36,244 nucleotides of DNA. It comes from Chrysochromulina tobinii. Taxonomy: Eukaryota. Shown here one piece after another: positions 10,719-20,509 of this stretch. The DNA lies in contig JWZX01002258.1 in NCBI GenBank assembly GCA_001275005.1, positions 1 through 36,244 on the forward strand, in the 5' to 3' direction. Numbering within the stretch: position 1 is the first letter of the stretch; each line of letters starts with the position of its first letter. The translations under genes and the position numbers were made by a program. The notes beneath the pieces are model-generated. The model worked only from the letters and a program-made list of their open reading frames with translations, was not told where the DNA came from and made no database searches.

Positions 10719-13700
10719 TCACCCCGTCTTCCCGAGCCTCGCGATGATCTCGGCGCAAGTGGGTGCGACGTGCTCGAGCCACAACTTGTGAAGGCCATGG
10801 GCCACATTCTTTTGGCGGATCCTCTGGGACTCTGCGTCGATGTTGAGGTGCTCGACGCACTCACCAACCTTGAGGAGCTCGGGCGTCCTTTGCACGGTGC
10901 CCCACTCACGTACGAGCGTCGGCAGGCTCTCCCTGAGCTCATCCAGCTGCATCTGGCTCGTGTCATGGGGGTAGCTGATCGGAGCTTGGTGCGGCCACTC
11001 GACGAGCGCGTTGAGCGGCGAGCGTTCGCAATACCAGCGCTTGCACAGCTCGCCCAGGCCCTTCGCATCCAGCTCGCTTCGGAGCTTCGAGTTGCCAAAA
11101 GTGCTCTTCTGTCCCCAGGCGAGCTCGCGATCGGCCACGTTGCGCACCTCCGCCTTGAGCGCCGCGTGCGCGCGGTGTACATAGGCCGTGGTGAGTGCCT
11201 GGAGTAGCAGCTTCGCTCGCGATGCCTGCTCGGCGATGAGGAGGGACTTATGATGAGGGGCACAATCTCACATGCAATCAGAGGCAATCAGCACACCTGC
11301 TCGGCGATGAGGAGCTGCAATCAGAGGCAATCAGAGGCAATCAGAGGCAATCAGCACACCTGCTCGGCGATGAGGAGCTGCAATCACATGCAGTCACATG
11401 CAATCAGAGGCAATCAGCACACCTGCTCGGCGATGAGGAGCTGCAGCACCGAACGCGTCGAGCCCGGTGCCTTGACCTGCAGCTTGAACAGCGTGAAGAA
11501 GATGGTCGTGCGCAGCGCTTTGTTGTAGTGGCACTCGGGGCCGCTCAGGCCAGTGCATCTGAGCGCGGAGTGCGCGAGCACCGGCAGCACAGCCATGGTG
11601 GCCAGCTTCGCATCCTCCGAATCGAGCGCGTTCGGTGCGCGGCCGAGCGCCTTGAGGAGCTGTAAGACTGTGAACAGCGCCTTGTAAGCGACGGTCGCGC
11701 AGTTGCTCAGCTCCGAGAAGGCGCTGGGCAGGGTGGCCGGTAGTAGGCAGCGAGGCAGCAGCAAGTCCTTTACAATCAGCTCGCGCGCCATGTGCCGATG
11801 GGGTTTGATGAGCGCGAGGATCAGCGCGCTCTGCCCCGGATCCTGATGAGGCCTGAAGAGCGCGCTCATCCCCGGATCCTTCGCCTCGCCTTCGTTCGCA
11901 TGAGCGCCGGCACCGTGCACGCCTCTCGCGCCGCCCGCGCCGTGCACGCCACTCGTGCGAGCACCATCCTCGGGAAAGAGGAAGCCTTGACCGAGCTTGC
12001 GGACCGACGATCGGAAGTCGCTGTTGTGGTCGCGCGCGATGCGGCATAGCCCGCCCAGCACGCCGTCTAGTTCGGGGTGCACGCACGCCGAGTAGGGCGC
12101 CGACGCGGCGCCCTCGGCGAGCAGCAGGTCAATGAGGCAGCCGAGCATGACGCTCGAATTGGCACAAAGCACGAAGGGCAGTCGACTGAGCAGCAGCGCC
12201 GCCGCACGCACCGCAAACTCGGCGTACCGGCGCACGCCCTCCGAGCCGCCAGGCCCACCGCTGCGCACCTCGTCGAGCAGCCGAGGGAGCGTTTGCGCCA
12301 TCTTCTTGAGCGCTCGCTCCTGGCGCTGCAAGGCGCTCCTTGTGGGCGCATCTGCGGGGGGTGGGGCGGCGTAGGGCGCCTCGGACGCTCCACCCGTCCG
12401 CACTGCTCCCCCCGGCTGCACGGTGCTCGCCACGTGCTCGAGCGCTGTGGCGAGCAGTGCCACGCGCCCCGCCTCAAAGGGAGTCGCCTCGACTGACACG
12501 ACCGGCGCGCGCACGAGCGTCTGCAGCAGCGGCGAGGGCAGCGCGAGGGCCGCCGGATGCCGTCTCGCGAGCGCGCGCAGCTCCTGCGTGAGCATCGGCT
12601 GCAGCGTTGGGTGCACGCGCGGCTCGATGAAGGCGACCCACCTGTGGGGAGGGGAGGGGGCGCCGTGGTGAGCACATGCATGCACAGGACAGGGGGACTG
12701 ACGAACCCTCGATGAAGGCGACCCACCAGATCCTCTCCAGCTCCTCGAGCCGCGGCTGGACGAAGTCTTGCACGATCTTGCGCTCGAGCTGCTCGTCGGC
12801 GCCCTGGAGCGGGCGCAGAAAGTGGCGCGCAAACCACGCGGGCACGCACCGTCGTGCCTGGCGCTCAGCGAGGCTCGGTGCGCCCGGCTGCTGCTTGCGG
12901 TCGACCCCAGCCGTGTACTGGTGCTCGCCCGTCGCCGCGCTCCATGCACTCGCTGCATGGCGGAGCGCCGTGTCCTTGCGCACCGCATCGCCGCTGCTCG
13001 TCAAGGCACTCTCGAGCAGCAGCCGTTCGGAACGCCCCCAGCAGCGCACGAGAATGCTCAGCAGCATCGGAGCGCCGGCGGCGCCGTCCTGGGCGCCCAC
13101 TGAGCACGTGTGGAGGCGCGAGAGCCGATCCTGCAGAGCTGAGCCCCCCCCCGCGGCGTTGGGGGTGCGCCAGCACGGCTGCTGCAGCTGGCGAACCAGC
13201 GCGCTCGTCCACTCGCTACGCGCGGCCGCAAGGATGATGTCGCAGTCGTCGTCGTCGTCGTCCCCGCCGCCGTCGCCGCCGCCAACGCCGCCGCCACCGC
13301 TGCTGCCGCCGCCGCCGCTGCCGCCGCCGCCGCCGCCCAGCGCGGGTCTCGTGTCGCTGGCCGCTGGCACCGGCGTCGCGGCCGTTTCGAGCGCCGTCTC
13401 GAGCACCTGGAGCGCCGCGAGGCAGAGCTCCGGCAGCGCCGTGGTGAGCACTTGCATGCAAGGCAGGTCATCAGTGGCAATCAACGCACCTGGAGCGCCG
13501 CGAGGCAGAGCTCCGGCAGCGCCGTGGTGAGCACGTGCATGCAAGGCAGATCATCAGTGGCAATCAACGCACCTGGAGCGCCTCGAGGCAGAGCTCCGGC
13601 ATCCCGTGGCGCACGTGGTGCGCGAGCGTCGTACTGAGCACCTCGAGCAGCCCGCCGTCGACGGCGTAGTCGCGAAGGGGCACGGCGCTCAGTAGCACGC

Positions 13701-16700
13701 GGAGCAATGCGAAGCCACGCCGCGCGACCGCCGCGTCGTCCGCTGCCAGCGACGAGGCCGACGACGGCGACGGCGCGGTCGCGCTCACGACGGCGCCTGC
13801 GGCCTCGGCGTCGCGAGCTTTGGTGCAGACTGCGAGGGTGGCGTCGAGCGTCGCGACAAAGGGACGCACGCGTACGGCCGACGGGCGCCGCAGGGCCAGC
13901 TGCACGAGCACAGCACTCGCCTCGAGCAGCACGCAGCGCGCCGCGGCGCACGACGCCCCTAGATGTTCCCACACCTCGACGGGCGCCGTCCCGAGCGCCG
14001 TCCCGAGCGCCGTCCCGAGCGCCGTCCCGGGCGCATCGGCCCCGGCGCCTCGGAGCCGGTGTAACCGTCGGCTGGCCTCCTGGAGCGCCTTCGGGGCCAT
14101 GGCGTCGTCGTAGGGCAGGTGGGCACACACGAGGAGCAAAGCTGAGCGCGCCCATAGTAAGTCGACGGCCGCGCCCGCACCGGCGCCGCTCTCGCCAGCG
14201 CCGCCGGCGCCGCCAGCGCCGCCAGCGCCGCCAGCGCCGCCGGCACCGCCAGCGCATCTCTCGTCGCGTATGGCGCGCAGCCCGGCGACGCAGCACGCCT
14301 CATTGGCCCACGTGAGCAACTTGCTCTTGGCCTGGATGGCGACGCGATGGAAACGCACGAGGGCCTGCGCCATCACGCAGCGCAGCGCCGTTGTGAGCAC
14401 TTGCATGCAAGGCAGGTCATCAGTGGCCATCAGCGTACCTGCGCCATCACGAAGCGCAGCGCGAGCACGCGCATGCTCTCCCCCCCCGCGCACATGCATG
14501 CCTTGTAACCGCCACCGACCGACGGAGCGCCCGGCACGGCGCGGGGCGTGCCGTCGCGCCGTACCGGTACGGCCCACTCCTCGAGCGGCGGGAATCGGCA
14601 CTCTGCCAACGTCCGCGGCGCGCGCCGAGGCGCCGTCTCGAGCGCCTCGAGCTCCCACCGGTAGACGCCGAGCGCGCCGTCGAGGGCACCGCCCCAGACG
14701 CTCGAGAGCGAGCAGCAGAGGCAGAGCATCGCGCGGGCCGACGCCGCATCCGCAGCACCAGAGCGCGCGACCCTTGAGGTGAGCTCGAGTACCAACGGCC
14801 AGTTGGGGCGCAAGTAACCGCCGCCGCCGCCGCCGCCGCCGCCTCCTCCTCCTCCACCACCACCTCCGCCTCCGCCTCCTCCTCCGCCGCCGCCGCCTAT
14901 TGCAGCGCCGGCGCTGCTGTCGTGGGCGTCGATGTGAAGGGCGACGAGCTGGGGCACTGCGGCCCCAGCGCCGTCGAGGGCGTACAGCGGCAGCAGCGTG
15001 TGCAGGCACGCGACCCGCCACTCTATCAAGTTCAACTTCTCGAGGCCTTCGTGGGCGCTCCCGGCGGGCAGTGCGATGCCCACGGCCCGCATCTCGGAGT
15101 TGAGAAGCCCTGCAGCACGCCGATGAGGGGGACAATCAGAGGTCATCAACGGTAATCAGAGGCAATCAGAGGGCGCGATCCCCTCACCGCCTGCAGCACG
15201 CCGATGAGGGGGACAATCAGAGGTCATCAACGGTAATCAGAGGCAATCAGAGGGCGCGATCCCCTCACCCCAAAAGGCGCGCGCCGCCTCCGCTGCCGCC
15301 TGAGCCGCGGAGGCACTCTCCGAGTCCTTTGCCCACGGCGACTCGTCCTCCATCCAGCGGAGAGCCCCACGCTCGGCGGCGGTCGGCAGCGGAAGATCGT
15401 CGAGCACGCGTAGCAGCCGATGCCAAAGCGCGAGGAGTGGTCGGTCGATTGGCCGCGCGGGCGCCGAGTAAGGCTCACGGAGGGACGCGATCAGCTTGGG
15501 GGCACGCGCGTCGGCAGCGCCGTGCTGCGGCTGCTGCTGCTGCTGCTGCGGCGGCGGCGGCCGCAGTGCCGTGCCGGTAGCGTAGGGAATGTGGAGGAGC
15601 TCATCGCGCTGTGGCGGTGGCAGTGGCGCGAGGGCGTGCGCCTCACGCTGCATGCACACGAGCGGGAGCAGCTCACGCATCGTGGCACGCGCCTGGTGCA
15701 GGAGCATCCGGCGCAGATCGGCCGCGCTCGCGTCGGCGCTCTTCCTCGCCCCGGCCGCCTCGACCCCGGACGCCGCTAGGGCGCGCGCTGTCTCGAGCGC
15801 TGCGTCGCCGAGGGCACGCAGCCATTCGAGGCACAGCGCGCGGATGCGCACGTGCGTGCGCGCGGCATGCGCGAGGGCCGCCTTCGCGTCCGTCAGCGGC
15901 ACGTCGGCGGCGGCGGCGCTGCTACCGTCAGCGGGGTGTGCGTGTTTCGTCTCGTCGTTGAGCTGGCAGTTAGCCTCGCCCTCGGTGCCGGGAGCGAGGT
16001 GCTCCACCCACCACGGCATGGCACCATTCGGCGCGCTGTCGAGCACACGCATCGTCGTCGCCCCCTCCACCAGCACCCGTCCGAGGCGCTGCGCAAAGGC
16101 CGCCGCCTCGGCCGCCGCGTCGGCCGCCGCCTCGGTCGCCTCGGCTGGCACGCTGCTCGCACTCCACAGCGCGCGGCTCGCGCGCAGTGCGGCGTGCAGT
16201 TCGGGCGGAAAGGCGCCGCACCGCTCAGCCGCCTTGGCGCGCGTTGCGAGACCTCCGTGAGTGAGCGCCGTAGTGAGCACCGCCAGGGCGCAGCGCAGAC
16301 GCTCAAAGTGAAACGGCAGCTCGTCAGCGAGGCGAGGCCCTATGGGCAGAGCCCACCGCCCTGATGTCGTCGCACCTGCCGCTGCCGCCGCTGCCGCCGC
16401 TGCCGCCGCTGCCGCCGCCGCCGGGCGGTCAGATGCGGCCGCAAAGGCGGCTGCGAGTGGCTGCGCGGCGACCATGGGTGGCAGCGGCGAGGGGGCGGGC
16501 GCCAGGGCGTCCACCGTCGCGCCGTCGATGAGTGGCACGAGCGCAAAGCCCGCAGGTAGCGGCAGCGTCGGCAGCGGCATTGGGGCCAGGTTGAGGACGC
16601 ACACGGGCGGTGCACTCACGGCGCTGCTTGCGGCGGCAGCAGCTGGACGCTCTCGAGACGCCGCGCCGTGAATGTGAATGGGACGCTCTCGAGGCGCCGC

Positions 16701-19700
16701 GCCGGCGGCCGCCCTCTCACCGACATCTGACCCCACGTCCACCACTCGCTGCTCATCCGTCCGTTGGCTCGCGTCGCGACGGGCGTCCCCATTTGCCTGA
16801 GGCACTCGTGCCTTTCGCCGACCTGCTTGCGGCGAGGGCCTGTCGGCTGGCACATGGCGGCGCGCCGACGGCGACGCGCCGTCGTGCGAGGCGCCCAAGA
16901 CGGCGCTCACGTCCTCGCGCCGGCGCTGCAGCCTCTCGAGCATAGCATCGATGGTGGCCAACGGGCGCGCGCGCATGCTGCCGGCCGCCGCCCGGCCCAT
17001 GCGGCTCCGCGGGCGGATCTCAGCGGTGGAGCTATGCGAATGTACATTCGGTACGTTGGAGCCAGGAGGAGTCGCTCGGGGCGGCCGCGGCGGCGGAGGT
17101 AGCATCGAGCCGCCCCCCCCCACCTTGGGCCATCGTGCATCGAGACGCTGCTGCTGGAGCGAGGGCGGCACGAGCGGCGCCTTGCCATGGTTACGCATGC
17201 CGCCGGTGCCGCCGCCGCCGCCGCCGCTGCCACCGCTGCCGCTGCCACCGCTGCCGCTGCCACCGCCGGGCAGACAGGGCAGCTCGGCGAGAGGCTTTGC
17301 GTGCGGCGCCTTCCAATCGGTGGTGCATTGACTAGGCCAGCCCGCGCGCTGATGGCGCTCGTCCGCTGTATAAGCGGCTCGTCCGCTGTGAACGGCGCTC
17401 GTCCACTGTGAATGGCGCTCGTCGACTGCAGTGGCGGCGGCGGCGGCAGCCGGGTTCGTCGGGCCGTGACGTGTGCACGGGCACGTTCGGCTGCACACGA
17501 GGCAGCGCCATCGTCGCGCCGACTGACGGATGAAGGCGTCGAGCGCTTGCGCGCGCTCCCTCACTGGCATTGGGGCGCTCATTGGGGTGCCCGCGCCAGC
17601 GGCACACACATCGCCCTCGGCGTCGGCAGCACCGGCGGCGCCGTCGCTGACGCTGTCTGTCGCCCCTACGAGCACTCCCAGGCAATGCGTGCAGTAAGTG
17701 CGGCTGCAGCTCACACAGTGTACCCCGTCGCGCAGCCCGCCGAGCGCCGCCTCGAGGCGATCCTCATCATGCCCAAGCCCTTGACTGCCGGCCAGTCGCC
17801 CATGCCACGGGGGCAGCGTGACGCCATGGCACAGGTGGCAGAAGGGGCTGTGACGATGCGGGTAGGCTGGCAGCTCAGCAAACGCAAGGCCCTGCCGCAG
17901 TGCCGCGAAGCTCAGCCGCACGGGCGGGAGCGGACGCGGAGGCTCGACGACGGCACTACCGCTGCCGTGGACCTCGAGCTCGTCCGCACCACTGCCCTCA
18001 GCTTCGCCGCTATGGCTCTCGGCGGCCTCAAGGTCGACGGCCTCACGGCGACGCTTCTCGCCGCGTGCTGCCTCTCGCCCGTGCGCATGCCCCCGGTGCG
18101 AGTGAACCCCCCGATTCGAATTCAGCGGCGTGCTGCGCTGCTGAACACGTCGCTCGACCCATCGCTGGAAGCTCACCGGATGCCGCCGCCGCGCGTCGAG
18201 CCGATGCTCTGCTGGAGCCGCCTTGCCTGCGCGAGCCAACAGCGCGGGCCGCACCGGCCGCACTGGCCGCACCGCGCCGTCCGCGTCCGCTGCTGCTCCT
18301 GCTGCCGCTGCCGCCGCTGCCGCCGCACGAGCCTGCTGATGCCGCTGGCGCGCTCGTGCACGCTCGTCGATCTCCTCTGCGGTCAGAGCGGCGAGCTGTG
18401 CCATCCTCGCACGCTCCCACGGCAGGCACGGCTGCTGCTCAGCGGGCGCGAGGCGAAAGCGGAAGCGTCCATCCTCGAGTGCCTCGACAGTGTAGAGCCC
18501 ATCGTACCGGTAGCCGCCGTGCGGCGCGAAGCTCGATCGCAGCTTGTGGTGGCGCACCACGCGCACGGCGCGACCCCTGGCTGCTGAGAGCGAGAGCCAA
18601 TGCTCGGCGTGCTCGGCCGCGTGCTCGGCCGCCGTCGCTGGCGTCCCATGCGCGTAGGTGAACGTGTCGCCGCTGTCGTCGACGTGATCTCCGGGCCAGT
18701 GCGTGAGCAGCAGGGAGTGGGCACCGTGCGCGTCCGTGCCCGAGACGCCGTGCTTTTTCCCCACATGCACGCCCGCCTCGTGAAGCCCCTCGAGCGTCCG
18801 GAAGATGACGCCGCTCGGTACGGCGCGCAACCCGCCAACGGCCCGCGCATGCCTCGGGCAGCGTGGCACCTCGAGAGGCGCCACCGCCGGGTCGGGCCGC
18901 GCCCGCTTGGCCGGCCCCAGAGCGGCGGCGCCGCCGTTGCTGCCGCCGCCACCGCCGCTGCTGCTGCCGGTGCCACCGCCTGGTGCGCCCTTGCGTTTTC
19001 GCGCCAGCGCGGCAGGGAAAAAGTCGTCGTCGCTTCCCTGCAAGTCGTCATCGACAGACGCCTCGCCTGCCAGATCGTCCTCAGCCTCGTCCTCGTCCAT
19101 GTCCTCCACATCCTCGCTCCCACTCGAGCTGTCCCCGTCGCGCATCCGATAGGCACGCGGCACGCCGCGGCCGCCACTCCCGCCGCCGCCGCTCCCGCCG
19201 CCGCCTTCGTGACGCCGAGCGCCGCGCTGACCTTTGTCTACGCCCGCGAGCTCCCGCAGCGCATCGAGCGAGTGTCCCTTGTACTGGAGCGCGGCCCAGC
19301 CGTTGCCTTTCTCGAAGCCCGGAAGCTTCTGCCGCCCGATGGCCGTCTGCAGTGCGAGGAGGCGCAGCAGACCCGACGGCCAGAAGCGCTCGCCAGCGTG
19401 GCCGGGGCCGCCCGCGGGCAGGCTGATGAAGCCTCGAGCATCAAGGTTGGCCGCCGGTGGCAGGAACACGCCATTCCACACGACGCGAAGCACGCCTATT
19501 CCCGCGCGAACACGCAGACCCGGATCGAGATGACGCGACTTGCGCATCAGCTCGTGCAACGGCCCGTGCTCGCCGAGATCGCGCTCATCCGCCTCGTCGT
19601 AGGCCTCTCGTGCAGCGCCCGGAGGGGCCTCGGCGTCGTGCTCATCGTCGGTGTCCTCGGGCTCGTCATCGCTGTCGTCCGGCACGTCGTCCTCGTCCTC

Positions 19701-20074
19701 GTCCTCTTCAATCTGTATGACGCGCTTGGCCGGCCGCCGTGCGGCAGGTGGCGACTTGGAAGGTAGAAGCGCTCGAGCAGTCGCCGATGGTCCTGAGGAA
19801 CTCTGCGAGGTACCCTCAGCCGAAGATGGACGTAGTGCGAGGAGCTTGCCGATGACTGCGGGCGCAATGGCAACGGATATGCGTCAACGGGCAGAAACGG
19901 CAGGGCGCGCCAGCTTTCGCGGCACGTACAGGCTCGGAATTGCTGTGGATCACGTAAAGGGTCCTCAGAGCGCTGGCTTGCTTGGCGGCGCGGGCGGACG
20001 ATCTCGTCGCCCGCCCCATCCTCCTCCTCGTCCGCATCACCGCGGGCAAAGATAGCTGTGGTGAGATGTGGCAT
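10719..20074 (-). CDS. MMS22L-like protein with N-terminal RAMA, SRA/YDG and zf-4CXXC_R1-like domains (~2866 aa). Exons 20074-19930, 19855-15269, 15109-14439, 14364-13573, 13406-12727, 12641-11423, 11225-10719
   Basis: Seven exons joined by GT-AG introns give 8601 nt in one frame, with phases checked. RAMA-like at 19559-19251; SRA at ~18840-18420 (GVH...GVSG...GAHSLLL...DDSGDTFTY...AVRVVR...YRYDGLYTV); Cys cluster at ~17845-17465. MMS22L-like motifs: LLALWHRLLRVLD, AFWGLLN, LHTLLPLYALDGAG, PNWPLVLEL, AMLCLCCSLSSVW. Confidence 0.75.
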
Positions 20075-20509
20075 GAACCGCGCCGCGTCTCTGACGAGTA
20101 TTTGCGCGCGACGCCGCAAAAGAAAAAACTTCCAAGGTGTGTGTGAATAGGGGCTCGGGGAATACGGAGATGCCGCCCGCGGCCCGAGTGACTCACCGAG
20201 GCTCGCAGCGGCGGCCCGGCGCCCGACCCATGACCACAGCCGTGCGCGCTTCACGCGGGCGCCGAGGTTGCGCATCCCGTCTCCGGTTGATATTAGTGAT
20301 GTCCACCGCCCCCTGTCGCGCCGGCGCGTGGAACGCAGCAGCGGTAAGCCCCGCATGATTCGTGGCCTGCTGGCTAACCTGTTCGGCTCGCTGGGAAAAC
20401 GCTCAGAATGACGCCAATCTTAGGGGTCACAGCCTACGCAGTTCACAATTGGGTCTGAGTAAGGTCTGAGGCACGTATACTAATGACAGTTCAATACTGC
20501 GTCGCGAAG

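Noticed and set aside
14818..14898. Long GGC/GGA tract
   Set aside because: Simple poly-Gly coding microsatellite in a loop. Common in this window.
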